Shown here piece by piece: positions 11,291 through 25,658 of a stretch of 64,000 nucleotides of DNA. Position 1 is the first letter of the stretch. Every line of letters starts with the position of its first letter. The position numbers were made by a program, and so were the translations under genes. Source of the stretch: Camelus ferus (lineage: Eukaryota); contig NC_045697.1 in NCBI RefSeq assembly GCF_009834535.1, positions 6,574,001-6,638,000 on the forward strand. Reading direction: 5' to 3'. A model generated the notes under the pieces. The model worked only from the letters and a program-made list of their open reading frames with translations, did no database searches and was not told where the DNA came from.

Positions 11291-13444
11291 GTCTCCCAGA
11301 CACTTTGGGTAGTTACTGCCAGAGGGGTGTACTGCTGGCCTTGGTTATGTCTGTGTCTCCCTTTACATTGTCATCTCCTCAAACTCAGGGCCTGTCTTAT
11401 TAATAAGAGGAGCAATTACAAACGTATCACCCACTTGATGAAAGCCAGGTGGAAGATACGATGAGAAAGCATCACTGAAGAGGTGGGTAGGACACCCCAT
11501 TTGCTTTGAATGTGAAACCAGATGCTGGAAGAAGGCTTCTGTTCTGAGGTCTTTGACCATTAGAATAAGATGAGTGATATTTATAGCCCAAGGGTCTGAT
11601 TTGCTCTCATGAGTGGATTCCAGGTCAAGGTGTGAGGGTTCCAACCCCTCAACAAAGAGGAAAATCTCTAGACCAGTATAACAGATTGAGAATTTGTAGC
11701 CCACATACCCATCTCTCTCTAAAGGTGTGAGCTGGTGGTCTGGAACACTAAAGCATCCATGCCCTTAACTGATTTGTGGCACCAACATTATGGGCTTTGG
11801 GCTCGGGAGTATCTTTAACGCCACGTGGGACCTGGCGTGCAACATGTGTAAGAATCACTGGTTTCTCTTAGCAAAACAAGTTCTCTCTAACTTTGGTTTT
11901 TAATCTCACAGAAGCCCTTCTAGACTAATATTGGTGGGTCACAGAACATCCTTTCCCAAAGAATAGTGCCAAATAATTTGGAGATATAAAAAGTATACAT
12001 TAATCCATAAAACAAAATATCTCAGAAAACACTGGAACAGAGCATTTTGGAAATTCACAATGCTCATTTTTTTGCACCAAGCCTTTTGTTTTGATAGCCT
12101 GGGTTAGTTCCACTTAAAAGAGGGAAGATATTTTCATTATCCTTCTTCTTTTCAATTTCAACTATTGAAGACTCTGTCTCTCTCCTGGCTTTCTAATGGC
12201 AGTGTCTGCCAGTCAGGGCAACTGGCCTTGTTCCGGTTCCCCCACCCAGAACCTGGGTGACTTTGCTTACCAATTAATATTCTGGGCCCCAGATCATCTC
12301 TTCCACTAAAGGAAGGGATTGAAATAGATTATTTCTAAAGTCCTGCCCAATGCCAGAATTCTATTGAAGTATTTATAAGAAGTGTTCCAAACTAGTCCTG
12401 TGATCTGCCACATGAAAAGAAGATTTGAAGTTGGAAGGAATTTCAGAAATATTCTTGGGGATTCTGGAGGTCTATGAGCATATTTAACAGAATGTTGGCT
12501 GAGGCACCAGGAGACAGTGGCTATCTCATTCCAAAAGAGGTGCTAGATCATATGCAGAAAGCTCAAAGTAGATGATCAAAAAGCTAGTTCAATGTCTTAC
12601 TCTTGTCCAGGATATGAACAGGGTAGCAGAGTGGAGTGCGGAGAACTTTTTTAAATATGCATTTTTGAAAGTATATTGCTGTATTGTGAGACCCTTCCAC
12701 CTCAGGGAGGAGAGGAGGTGCCTGCTTCTCACCATAAGCCCAGTGAAGGGTGGTCCTCAGTAGGACCATTCAGAGAATTTTGCAAAGTCCCCTGCAGAGG
12801 GACATGAGGGAGGAGTGGTCACCGTGTTCTGGAATCTGAGTCTCCTCTGACAAATCTAAAGAGTTGGAGATAAACTGATCAGCTGCACATGGGTGAAGTC
12901 GGTGGAGTGGGGCACTGTTGGCTGTGTTGGATATCCTGCACTCCACAATTTCTCTGTGAAAAAGAGGTGTGAGGATTGTTTTCCAGAGACAGAATGAGTG
13001 CCATGAGCAAGGAGGAGCTGGCGTGGAGTCATGTGAGCTCAGAATCAACATGGCACCCGGAATGGTGACAGACCACAAGCCCTGTTCTTAGACCTACTGA
13101 ATTGGAATCCCTGTGCCCACTGGAGTTTGAGAAGCACTCTTTTAGATAGCTGTGCTATATTTAGCATGGGCTTTATCGTCTGTGTGCTTAACTAGACCTG
13201 TGACTCCCACCCCAACACCATCATCATGGACGGGGTAAGAGCAGAACTGGATTTAATCCAGCTACTTTGCCTGCAAGGTGTGTAACCTCAGGCAATTAAT
13301 TCACTTAACTTGCCAGCTAAAGTAGGACATATTCAAAATAATAGTATCTATAATGGATCCAGTGTTCTATCTGATTCATAACAGCACTCCACAAATTTAT
13401 TTCCAACAGGATAACAGCATACCCACCATTGTCCAAATAACAGT

Positions 13445-13570
13445 TTCTCTTCCTTGCTTCCTTTCTCCTTTCCTTCCTTCCTTCCCTCCTCCCTCCCTTC
13501 CTTCCTTCCTTCCTTTCCTCCTTCCTTCCTTCCCTCCCTCCTTCTTTTTCTTTTTCTTCTTCTCTTTTTT
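13445..13570. repeat. (CCTT)n-type polypyrimidine microsatellite
   Basis: About 125 nt of almost pure pyrimidine; source of the spurious K/R/E/G-rich ORFs at 13348-13615. Confidence 0.95.
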
Positions 13571-14351
13571 AACTTCTGCTTGTTTGGCAATCTCAGCCAC
13601 CCAGAGTATAATCAAGAATATTGAATTAAAGTTTACATTTCTTCAGGGACACTAAAATTATTATGAGACCTATCATGAGTCAAATTCCTTGCTTGTTGTG
13701 TAGTAGGTGAGAACCTGCGTCCTTAGCCAAAGCATCTGACTTTTAGTCTACCCACAACTCTATCAGGCATGGTTATCTCATTTGCAATCCCTAGAACTTT
13801 AGGAGCAGGAATTAGGGATACAGGAATGGCTCCTACAGAAAAGTGCATTAAGAGTTTGCAGTTGCCTGGCAGACAGAAAGCAAGGCTTTCCTAGCAGCTT
13901 GAATTAGGACCTGAGTCATCAAGAAGAGATGAATTATTTTCCTGAGTCTCTGAGTCTCTACTGTGTAAAAAGGTAGGGAAGTTTTTAATGATAGCTAACC
14001 AAAAGTTGAGCATGCAAGATTATTTTTAAAATTGAGATTTCTGAGTGAGTGCCATAGAATCGAGGGTTCAGCAATATTAAAAAATAAGCAGTTTCTATCT
14101 GAATTAATTCTCAAGAGTTTTCTTCTTTATAAGTGGCAACATTAGTAGTCACCAGCTCAGGAAAAATTCTGTAACTTGGTTTTTCTCCTCTTTTATTCCA
14201 ACCCCCCTTTTTTTGCAGAGAGGGGGGCTTTTAGGTTTAGAATTCTGATGAAGATAAGTAAATAGGTTAATAAAAATACATAAATATCTCGGTTGAAGAC
14301 ACGTATATAATCAGTTTTGTATTTCATGGGAGAACACTGAGAAACACCGCA

Positions 14352-17300
14352 AGACTTCTGCTTCTGGGAAGATGGAGCAGATGTACTTTGACCTATTCTT
14401 TCCACTAAGTGGAACTAAACACCCTAGGTACTACTTTAAGAAACACATAAGAAAATTATGAAACATGGTGGGGAAGATGACAAACTGGCTAGGGACCTCT
14501 ACATCCAAAGAAAAACAAGATAATGTATTCCCTGAGTTTGCTTTCTGCTTCACATATCTCAAACTTGGAGCTGAAGAAGCCAACTACTCAGAAATGCCAA
14601 CAGGCACACATAAAAAATAATAGTAGTGACAGAAAAAAAAAAACTTTAGCAAAAGCCTACCCTCTCTACCCTGAGGATTAAGAAAATGGTATACTAGCAA
14701 GACAGAAAAAACTTCTAGAACATACTACTTTGTTACAGCCAAACACCATAGAAAAATCTGGCCCACCAACACCAGCTAAGGCTGAGTGAGGAGCCTAGAC
14801 TTCCACCCTCCCAGGTGCCCCGATCCCTCTGCTGGAGTGGTGTCAGAGGAGGCCAAGTAGGAAGCTGGAATTTTCACCCCTGCCAGGCAGTAATGAGACC
14901 CTCTCCATCACAGTGCCTGTGGAGACCATGTGGAGTAACTGGGCTTCCAAACTGATTGGGCAGTAATGATTTATTCCCCCTACACACACGCTGGGGTGGT
15001 GTCACAGGAGAACTGATGGGGGGTCATAATGAGACACTTCAACCCCCCAAACAAGGAGGTCTGAGTGAGCCCTGGTGGGGAGGAGGTCTCCCCTCCTTCC
15101 AGCAATAACAAGGGGCACCCTTCCTTGGGTACCATGAGTCCACGGGGGGTATCTAACTTTCTACCTCCACACTACTCCTGGGATTAAGGATGCATCACCT
15201 TCCCTTCTCTTCTCAGAGTGGTGTCAGAGGAGGCCAGTTACAACATAAGTTTGAAATAAGATCTAGATTCTTAATACCAAAAATATAAAGTTTTAATTAA
15301 AAATCACTTATTATGCCAAGAGTCAGAATGCTCTGGTTTATGAGAAAAAGACAGTCAGTAGTTGCCAACAGCCAGATGAACAAAGATATTAGAATCATTT
15401 GACAAAGATTTTAAAGAGCCATCACAAAAATGCTTCAATGAGTAATTAAGAACATGATGGAAACACATTTTAAAAAATGAGAATCTAAGCAAAGAAATGC
15501 AAAGTCTTAGCAAAGAAATAGAAGACATAAAGAAGAACCAAGTAAAAAAGTAAAAACACAATAACAGTAATAAAAAAATGGATGGAAGGACTCAATAGCA
15601 GAATGGAAGGGAAGGAGGAAAGAATCAGTGAACTAGAAGTAGAGCAGTGAAATTACCCGATCTGAAAAACATGGACCAAAAATAGACGAACATCCCTGCA
15701 CTGCCCCCTGCCCCAGTCCCTCGAAGGGAGCCTCAGAGGCCTGTGGGTGTAACAAAAGATCCAACACGTGTGATATGGGAGTCCCAGAAAAAGAGATGAA
15801 AAAGGGTAGGGTTGAAAAAAATGTCAAAGAAATGATTACTGACAACTTCCCAATTTTATAAAAACCATAAATCTATATATTCAAGAAGCTGAATAAATTC
15901 CAAACAGGATAAACCAAAGAAATCCACACCAAGACTCATTAGTGTCAAACTTCTGGAAACTAAAGGCAACTAAAATATCCTGAAAGTAGCAGGAGAGAAA
16001 TTACATATTACCTTACTTCAGGAATGAAGGGGAGATCAATACAATTTTAGATGAAGAAAAACTGAGAGAATTTGTCACCAGCATACCTACCCTGAATGTG
16101 GCTAAAGGAAGCTCTCTAAACAGAAAGGAAATGCTGAAAGAAGAAAATTTGGAACATCAGAAGAGCAAAAGAACACAGTAAGCTTATGGATAAGCAGCAT
16201 GTACTTTCCTCCTGCTCTAAATCAATTATATTTGATTGCTGAAGCAAAAATTATAACACTGTGTGGTTTCAAATACATGTGCAGGAAGTACGTAAGACAA
16301 TTAAAATAGGAAGGGTAGAGGGTTGTAAAGTAAGGTAAGGTTTTGACATTTTACTTGAATTGGTAAAAGGACAAATCCAATAAACTATCAGTTTTGTATG
16401 TATAACGTTAATACCTAAAGCAATTGTTTAAAAAGCTATTCAACGTAGATGCTCAAATATACTATAGATAAATCAAAATGTAATTCTAAAAAAACCCACA
16501 GGAAGATAGGAAAAAGAAGACAGAAATGCAAACAGAAAGAACAAATAGAAGGCAAAAATAAAATGACAGCTTTAAATCCTAACATATAAATAATTCATTA
16601 AATGTAAATAGTCAGATTTACATATAATCTGGACAGATATTGGCAGAGTGGATTAAAAAACATGGCTCAACTACATGCTGTCTAAAAGAAACTCATTTCA
16701 AATATAATGAGTAAAATGATGGATAAAGATGGTAATCTTTTAATTTTAATTAATTTGCAATGTTAATCAAAGGAAAGAGCATTATATGATTAAAAAAAAA
16801 AAATCCTGCCCACCAAGAAAACATAGCAATTCTATCTATGTATGCACCAAAAAAACAGAGCTGAAAAATATGTGAACCAAAAATTGAAAAAATTGAAAGG
16901 AGAAATAGGCAAATCCTCAGTTATACTTGGAAACTTCAATACTCTTCTCTCAACAATTAATAGAACAACCAGACAGAAAACCATCAGGGGTATGGAAGAA
17001 CCTGACAGCACCATCAATTAAGAAGATCTAATTAGCAATTTATAAAAAGCCCAACAATCACAGAGTACACATTCTTTTAAAGTGCCATGAAACATGTATC
17101 AAAATAGACCATATCCTGCCATGAAACAAACCAAAACAAATTTAAAATAATTTAAATCATAACGTATGAAATCTCTGACCAATGTGGAATTAACTGGAAA
17201 TGGCCAACAAAGACAACAGGAAAATCTCCAAATTCTTGAAAGCTAAATAACACACTTCTAAATAATTCATGGGTCAAAGAGGAGATCTGGAGGTAGATAA

Positions 17301-19128
17301 AAAAAATACATTGAGCTGAATGAAAATAACAGTAAAATATATAGACATTTGTAGGGCATGGCTAAAAAAAATGCCAAAAGGAAAATTTACAGCACTAACT
17401 GCATATATTATAAATAAAGAAAAATCTCAGATCAATAATCTAAGTTCCTGCATTAAGAAACAAACAAACAAACTCAAAAGAACAAAATGAACCCAAAGGA
17501 AGCAGAAGAAAGAAAATAATAAGAGCAGAAATCAATGAAATTAAAACCAAAAAACATTAGAGAAAATGAATAAAATAAGGAACTGTTTCTTTTAAAAGAT
17601 CAGTAAAGTTTATAAACTTCTAGAAAGACTAACAAACAAACAAACAAACAAAAAAACAGAGAGAAAGAAGATATAAATTACCAGTATTGGGAAGGAGAGA
17701 GAGAATGCACTACAGACTCTGAAGATGTAAAAATGGTAATAAAAGAATATTATTTGACACGTGGATTTGACAACCAAGATAAAATAGATCAATTTCTCAA
17801 AAAATCCAAAATACCACTACTCACACAATATGAAATAGATCATTTGAACTGCCTTGTAACTTGTAAGGAAATTTAATTTGTAATTATTCTAAAAAAGAGA
17901 AATCTCTAGGCCCAGATGGTTCCTCTGAACCCCATCATAAATTAAAGACCAATTAACATCAATTCCACACAATCTCTTCCAAAAATAGAAGAGGTGAAAA
18001 ACTTTCTAATTTATTTTATGACCCTAGTATGACCTCGATACCAAAACTAGACAAAGACAGTACAAAACAAAACAAAACAAAATCTACAGACAAATATCCC
18101 TTGTGAATATAAATGCAAAAATCCTTAATAAAATATTAGCAAATGGAATTCAGCAATATCTAAACTGAATTGTATGTCATGACAGATTGGAGTTTACTTT
18201 GTCTTGGGGTTACAATGCTGATTCAATATTTAAAAATCAACCACACAATCCACTGTATTAACAGGCTAGAGAAAAAAACATGATCCTATCAGTTGATGCA
18301 GAAAAGGCATTTGACAAAATTCAACACTTACACTGTATGAAATCCCTCTGAAAAATAGGAATAGAGGGGTAAATCCCAACTTGATAAAGAGCACCTACAA
18401 AAACCCCACAGCTAACAGTGTATTTGACAGTTAAAGAATGAATGTTTTCTCCTCAGAATCAGGAACAGAGCAAGCATATCAGCTTTCACTACTCATATTC
18501 AACATAGTGCTGGAATTTCTAGCCAGTTCAGAAGGCAAGAAAAGGAAATGAAAGTCATCCAGATGAGAGAGGAAAAAATAAAACTGTCCCCATGTGTAGA
18601 TGATAAGATTGTTTATATAGAAAATCTGAAGAATCTACCAAAAACCTCGTAGAAATAAGAACTAACTTCAGCAGGGTCTCAGCATAAAAGATAAACATTA
18701 AAAAAATTAATTGTATGTAATATATGAGCAATGACACATAGACAACAAAATTAAAATACCCTTTACAATCATTATGAAAAATAAAAGAAAGCTTAGGCGT
18801 AAATTTAAGAAAGCATGTACAGAATTTGTATGTTAAAAACCACAAATGTTTACTTAAAAAAAGACAATTAAATAGATACCTACCTTGTTCATGGATTGGA
18901 AAACTCAAAGAGGTGAAGACCTCAGTTCTCTTCAACTTGATAGCTGGGTGTAACACAATTACTATCAAGATCTCAACAAGATTTTTTTGTATTTATAGGT
19001 AAGATTATCCTCAGGTTTGTAGGAGAAGACAAAGGAATTAGAGTAGCCAAAATAATTTTTGAGAGAAAAAATGTAGGAATCAGTTTACCCAATTACAAGA
19101 CTTACATAGCTACAATAATGAAGACATT
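14352..19128 (+). mobile_element. Old L1 (L1MC/L1MD-type): 5'UTR, ORF1 and ORF2 EN+RT relics, 3'-truncated, dead
   Basis: 5' end GACTTCTGCTTCTGGGAAGATGGAG. ORF1 relic EERISELE at ~15615. ORF2 relics: LNVN (~16598), ILGNFNTLL for the GDFNTPL motif (~16923), DAEKAFDKIQH (~18295), VDDKIVYIEN for the FADD region (~18596). Many stops and frameshifts. Confidence 0.93.
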
Positions 19129-19984
19129 TATATGCTCATCCATGCATTTGTTTATAACCATTTTTATTTCCTTGTTCATCTCACCCTTCATTTAAACAGT
19201 AATTATTGAGACCAACTCTATATGAGACATGGTACTAATCACCAGGGAAGTGGAAGAATGGGCATGACATGACCTCTGAATTCAGGGAACTCACAGTAAT
19301 TTTTTTACATATGTCATCAACCAAGTTCACTACCAACTCAACCAACCACCCAGCCAATCAAACAATCAAACAACCAATGAACCAACATTGATAAGTGCCC
19401 ACTCTATCTCGAAGGCCTGCCCTATGGCTTGGCATAAAAATATGAATATATATGTCACTAATTTTATAACTGCTTATTGACTACCTAAGAAGCGTTTTTT
19501 TTTTTTTTTGTTTGTTTGTTTATTTTTTTTTTTGAGCTGAGTGCCAAATTATTAGCCTCTGACAGTCTGGGAAATAAGATAAGGGAGACATAGAGTGAGA
19601 AATGTGAGTAATTCACCAATTCCGTGTCAAAGAATGAATAAAATCATCCATTTATCAAGATAGATTTTGCTTATCCCTGGTAAAAAACCCAAGCTCCTAA
19701 ACAGGATTCACTAGGATCTCACAACGTGGCTCTGACCTTCCTTTTGCCCCAATTCCTGCTAGTTCAGCTGGGCTCCTTGTGTTTTCCATTTTCTCTGCAT
19801 GTGTTTCCTCCACAGGAGTGTTCTTTTCCCACGTGTAAACCCAAAGCCCCACTGTCCTGCAGCTTTTGGTGACTTTCTGGTTACTCCACAGAGGGAGAGT
19901 GAATGGCAGTGCCTCTCTATTCCAGCAGCACTAAAGTATGTGTGTTGTTAAAGTTCTAATCATGTGCCAGGAGACTGTATTAGG

Positions 19985-20230
19985 AGGCTCAGGGGTCAAA
20001 TGGTTAGAGATTATGGAGATTGAATTCCACTTTTCCCATTTACTGATTGTTTTAACTCAGGGAAGCTTGTTAACCTCTCAGACTCTCTTTCTCCTTATGA
20101 CTTTATTGATGCAAATATGAACGTATCTCAGGACTGATAAGAGGTTAAGAGAAATAACACATAGAAAATATTCAGAAAACTGCCTGGAATGTGTGCAGGG
20201 CTAGGAAATGCTAGTTCTTATTATATTATG
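19985..20230 (+). mobile_element. MIR SINE
   Basis: GGCTCAGGGGTCAAATGG...CTTGTTAACCTCTCAGACTCTCTTTCTCC...TATCTCAGGACTG...TGCCTGGAATG. Confidence 0.65.
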
Positions 20231-20764
20231 GGAAGTCTCTTTTGCATTTCTGTGCACTTCCTTTTTCGCTCGAGGCAGGGGCTGTTTCTTGTTCATTTCA
20301 GTATTCCCAGTGTTTGGACTCTTGCACAGCAATAATAGTGTTACAAAAAATAATCATGTCTGCAATTCAGTATATTACTTACTGGTATATAGTAGATAAT
20401 AAATGTTTGCTGAAACAGCTTGTTTGGAAATCCTTAAATTGCAGGACTTCTTGTCTCTCTTCCAGTTATATCACATTAATCTATCTTCTCTGAAATTCTA
20501 GTCTTCTCTGGAGAGGTCTGAGGATACCCCAGGGGCCAGGGAGGGAGGGAGGGAGAGAGGAGAGAAGGCGGTGTGGTTTTGGTTATTCTTGTGTGTGGAT
20601 GGATACACAAGTTTTCCCAGAAATTACAGAGTAGGATACTTCCTGAGATGTTTCAGGCAAGAATACATGATGTTGAGGGGTACTCTCAGAATAATCACTT
20701 GTTATTAGGAAGAACACTGTGTAAAGGTTTATATACATGTAGGTCGTGTAGGTCATCTAGATAT

Positions 20765-21215
20765 CACTTTCTTGCTTACTTTGCTCCATCCACACTGGCC
20801 TCTTGGCTTCTCCCTAAACACGCCAACCATGGTCCCATCTTCAACCTTTGCACCTGCTATTCCATCTGCCCAAGATTCTCTTCTGCTGCGTATCTGCATG
20901 GGTAGCTCCCTTGCCTCATCCTTCAAGTCTTTGCTCAAATGTCACCTTTGGGAGAGGCCCATCCTGCCATCCTACTTAATGCTACATCATGTGCTCTCCA
21001 GCTTCAGAATTCCATTCCTCCTCTTCCTTCTCTACCTTTCCTTGTTCTTATAGCTCAAATCACCTTCTGTATAAGCCTCACTTGGTTATTATATCCATAG
21101 TTTATTTTCTTTTTCTCCCATTAGAACATAAACATTACTACAACAGGGAACTTTATCTGTTTTGTTCACTGTTGTATACTGTTCAGTGATATCAGCTGAA
21201 TAAAAGAATAAATCA
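20765..21215 (+). mobile_element. L2 LINE 3' end
   Basis: CTCCATCCACACTGGCCTC...TCCTTCAAGTCTTTGCTCAAATGTCACCTT...TTAGAACATAAAC...CAGGGAACTTTATCTGTTTTGTTCACTG, then a TGAAT-type tail. Confidence 0.85.
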
Positions 21216-22216
21216 GATGTGGAGGAAATAGCCCCAGTGAGGAAGAGACGGGTTTTCTTCGAGACCCTCCCAGGCAGAAGCAGATGCAGCCCAGGGCTCA
21301 AGGTACCCATTCTTTCTTCCCTAAGCCCTCAGCTCCTGTGTGGGAAGGGAGCCTCCCCTTTTCTTGGTGACCCATCAGACCTCATGCCCAGAACCCATGC
21401 TTTCCCTTAGAGGAGGCTTCCTCATGGGGATAAGAGAAAGACCATTCAAATGTAATTGTTTGAAAATGAAAAATTCTAAGACATAAGAGGATGCTGGTGG
21501 GAGAACAGATGCATATTATTTCCAAGGCCAGGGACTGCTGGAGCCTGGGGAAGAGGGTGGAGATGAGGACACATATGAGGACAGGACACTTACAGAGAAA
21601 GGGGTTAAGGGGAGAGGCACGTGTGTGGGATCTGGGGGAGAGGTGGAAGTGACAGGGCACAAGTGGGTGTATCCTTGGCTGTCTGTCTATTGAGCTCATA
21701 GCCTATTTCCTTTGTGAATTAGAAGAGCCAAGGCGACTAGACAGGAGCATGACTCTCCTCCAATTCCTATACACCTTGGACATAGCAAACGGATCCTTTT
21801 GGTGAAGAACTGCTTAAGCCAGAGGAGACTAATTGTAGTCCATGGGATGAAGGATTTTTAATTGTAACTAACACCTTCACCCTGGCACATGATCTCCACT
21901 TTACCAGAATATCCATCTCTGTGGCTTTACACCAGGTGAGGGACTCACACGTCTATGTCACTTTTTGGTATGTGAACCAACTTGCCTGGGAACCTAAGCT
22001 TTACTGGGTGCAGTGCGACTTTAAGGTCAAAGTGAGTGGATGTCTGAAATGAGAAGATGTCGTCCCATCCCTAGCCTCTGACTTGGCAGCATCTTCAAAG
22101 ACACCTGTTCCTGCTCCTTGGTAATGAGAAGTGACGCCCTCCATCCAGATGGCTCCCAGCTGTAGACACAGAAAGCTCTACCCTCACTTCCCCATGACCC
22201 CCACTCCCCAGCTAAA

Positions 22217-22536
22217 GGGAAACTGGATGGCTTAGAACAATAGAAACGTATTGTCCCACAGTGATGGAGACCAGAAGCCTGAGATCAAGGGGTTGGCAGG
22301 GTTGGTTCCTACTGAGGAATGAAAGAGAAGGCCTCTCTCCTAGCTCCTGGGGGTTGCAGGCAATCCTTGGCTTCTGCATTATCATCCCATGTGTGCACAC
22401 TCTACCCCAGTACGATCTCCTCCTAACTCATTGCATCCACAGCAACCATATTTCCAAATGAGATCACATTCTGGGATACTGGTGGTTAGAAATTCAACAC
22501 GTGAATCGGACGGGGTGCACGATTTTACCCATATAT
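22217..22536 (-). mobile_element. MLT1B/C-like MaLR LTR
   Basis: AAACTGGATGGCTTAGAACAATAGAAA...GAGATCAAGGGGTTGGCAGGGTTGGTTCCT...TATTTCCAAATGAGATCACATTCTGGGATACTGG...TTCAACAC. Confidence 0.85.
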
Positions 22537-23414
22537 GGTGTAACTAAGATTTCTAATGTAAAATCATTAAAGATTAGACACCAGCAACTCCTTCAACCTC
22601 CTGATTTTATGCAGGAGAAAATCAAAGCCCAGAGTGAGATAAAGATCAGAGTGAGGTGGAGTAGAAATGAATTGCCCATGTCAGAATTTCAGCTCCACCT
22701 CTTACAAACCATGAGACCTAGAATCACCTATTGGGATTTTTATGCTTCCCCACTTGGGTATGACAGTGCTTTCCTGGCATTACCTGGCCTGGTAGATAAA
22801 GATCAAATGGGACCCTTGCCATGAAGGTGCTTTACCAACTTTAACAGACGCAGAAGAGGAAAAGGTAACTTCTTTAAGTCACAAGCAATATGTGTCTATG
22901 AGCAGCATGTCAGGTCTGGAGCTCTTCCCTTAGGCAGCACGGTCCCAGCCGCCCCCGTCTGTGAAAGCCAAGGCAGAGGTCTGAGGCTGGCACGAACACG
23001 AGGGGGAGTATCTCACAGAGATTCATTCTCAGCCAATTAAAAAAACTGGAATTTGACTGGGCTGTGGAGAGCTCATCAGTATTTGGTGCCTTTGCTCTTT
23101 TAACTGATAAAATTCTCAGTGTGACTGCCCATCTGCCAGCTTAAGGCTGTGGGGCCCAGGAAGTCGAAATAAGCACACTTCATGGCTTGACAGTTGTGGA
23201 AAATTCTGTGGTGGAACTCAAAACCGCTGTAAGAGTGTCTTGTAAATGATCATCAGGGTGGAGTCAGATCAGGGTTTTCACCAAGACTCTTCACTCACTT
23301 GCTATGTTAATGGTGGGGCCGGTGGGGAGAGTTTCATTAACTTCCTGATTCATAGTCCCTTCTCTGTTAAGTGGGGGTAAAGCTATTTAGGGACAGTAGG
23401 TGGGAATACAGCCG

Positions 23415-24075
23415 GGCTCAGCCATTCCGGAATGTGATCAGGCAGTACTCATTAAAATAAAACACGTATGCAGCCTATGAGCCAGCAATGCCGCTCCTGG
23501 GGATGGGTCTGGGGAAAGTCACACCCTGGCACAAGGATGACGCCAACTGCAGCACTGTTTGTGGGCGCAGAGAGTTGGAGACAGCCATCACGAGGGGAAT
23601 GAATGAGTTACATACTGAGGATGCAAATAATGAGATGCTAGGCAGCATCTAGAAGAAGTGAACTTGGGAAGTGGTTCTCCAACTGTGGTGCCAGGACCAG
23701 AAGCATAAACATCACCTGGGAACCTATTAGAAATGCAAATGAATGGTCCCACCCCTATTCCAATGAGTCCGAAAATCTGAGGGTGACCCCGCAATATTTT
23801 AGCAAGTCCTCCAAGAGGTTATGAAGTAGAGGTACAGACAGATACTAAAACGCAGTCTTAGGTCATAGAGTAAGAAAGGGAATAAGGTTTACTGTTCAAT
23901 GGAATTTATTTAAATTAAAAGTATGCATGTGCACAAAAATATTTGATGAGCGTGACCCTCATTCTGATGAGCTTCCTCCACATGAGAAGCGAGATGTGAG
24001 AAGGAATGAGGGATAAAAGGAAGGAAAGAAGGAAGCTTTGATCCTTGTCTAAACGAATGCTGATAATGTACTAAG
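23415..24075 (+). mobile_element. Very old L1ME 3' fragment, split by MER5A
   Basis: CCTATGAGCCAGCAATGCCGCTCCTGGG is a relic of the L1 ORF2 YDPAIPLLG region; GCAGCACTGTTTGT follows, and L1-like sequence resumes after 23820. Confidence 0.6.
23669..23820. mobile_element. MER5A hAT-Charlie MITE
   Basis: AGTGGTTCTCCAACTGTGG...CATCACCTGGGAACCTATTAGAAATGCAAAT...TTTTAGCAAGTCCTCCA. Confidence 0.85.
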
Positions 24076-25244
24076 ATCTGGGGAGTGGGGTTCACTCAGT
24101 ATCTGCACCTGAGATTCTGCACAAGCAAATAGACAAAATGGGAAAGCTGACCAGCAATGAGCACAGCACTGCTAAGGTCCTTCCCCCGTGTTGCGTTAGA
24201 CGTGGTTCTCAGTCTAGATGCTCCTGGCATCTGGTAATTTGGGGCAAGGCTGCTGCTAAACGTCCCAAAAGGCACAGGAGAGCCCACGCAGCAGAGTTAT
24301 CCAGGCCTCGATGTCAGTAGTGATGACGTTGAGAAACCCTGATCCATCTCCGGCATAAAACCTCTCTTTTGTCTCCTCCAAACCAGTATTTGTCAAATTG
24401 TATTTAGAAGAATGCATATATGCCATGGGTTTTGAATTAGGTCTTGTGTTGAGGGGAAGAAACATCAGTGGAGCAATATTTTATCTTACTCTGTGTGTGT
24501 GATGTAAATACATTTGTACAGTTGACCTTAGTATTGAGAAATAACCTGGCTTAATGCCTAAAGCAAGATGTCTAGGCTCCATCTTGATAGACAGGCACTT
24601 TTACCAACCAACTGCTGCAGATTTATCATCTACTCAGTGGTCCTTGTTCTGTGATGTAGCCTCTCTCGTAATTTCAGCATATATATGTGGTATTATCCCC
24701 TATTTATTGCATGCTAAATATATCCAAGTTTGATCACTTTATAAAGCAAATAATTGTTCTGTGGAGACATTTTTTTGGACACAAATCTCAACTGATATGC
24801 ATGTTACATATTATGATGGCTGTTAGTATTGCATACTCAAATTTTTGGATCATTGCCAACTGAGAATGATTTATCACTCTTCTGAATTTGTCTAACTGTC
24901 CCATTTGGCACTTTGTAACTTGGGGCACAGGGGTCTCTGTAGCTTTTAGATGATGTAAGCACTTTGAGGTCACATCTGAATTTTATTTTCCTGGTTTGCT
25001 TTTCATGTTCTTTGAACCTTGAATTATAAGAACAGTGCTAAAAATTTTGAAAAAAAGGTAATTTAAATATAATTACCTGCCTCCTCTGCCCACTTTCCTC
25101 CATGATAGCTGCTTGACCATGTTTCATTCAATGTTTAACATCTGGTTCTTGCAAGTAGGAAAGATTAGATAAACAGTTTGTAAAAGCTGCATGTTGGAAA
25201 TTTGGCAGAGGAATACTTTTTACATGCAGTCTCAGCCAATACAT

Positions 25245-25248
<4 letters not shown>

Positions 25249-25292
<44 letters not shown>
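25249..25292. repeat. (TA)22 microsatellite
   Basis: Perfect TA dinucleotide run. Confidence 0.95.
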
Positions 25293-25296
<4 letters not shown>

Positions 25297-25627
25297 CTAC
25301 CATTAGCTTTTGAAAAAGAAATGGATTTGAAATATAGACACTTAATAATATAACTCAAGCCTCTAAGTTTATCTGAGTACACCACAGGATGCTGATCAGA
25401 ACAAGTTGAAGAACAGAAACCAACAGATACTGCCAGTGGATGTACTGGCAGTGGCTGTGTGACCCTAATCATGCACCTCGCTGTGAGTATTTCTGGGCAC
25501 CCAGCTCCTAAGTGAGAGCTTACACACCCACCATCTATAGCCATCCTTTCTCTAGCAGGAGCTCATCACTGCACCACAGAACTCACACTGCAGACTCTCC
25601 TTCTGCACATGGTGTTCCTGCAGATTT

Positions 25628-25658
<31 letters not shown>

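Noticed and set aside
11880..12500. Possible MER103-like DNA transposon fragments
   Set aside because: Only short motifs (GGAAATTCACAATGC) resemble it; too degenerate to call by eye.
13348..13655. Basic, NLS-like ORFs (KKRRRKRKRR...)
   Set aside because: These are translation of the CCTT microsatellite.
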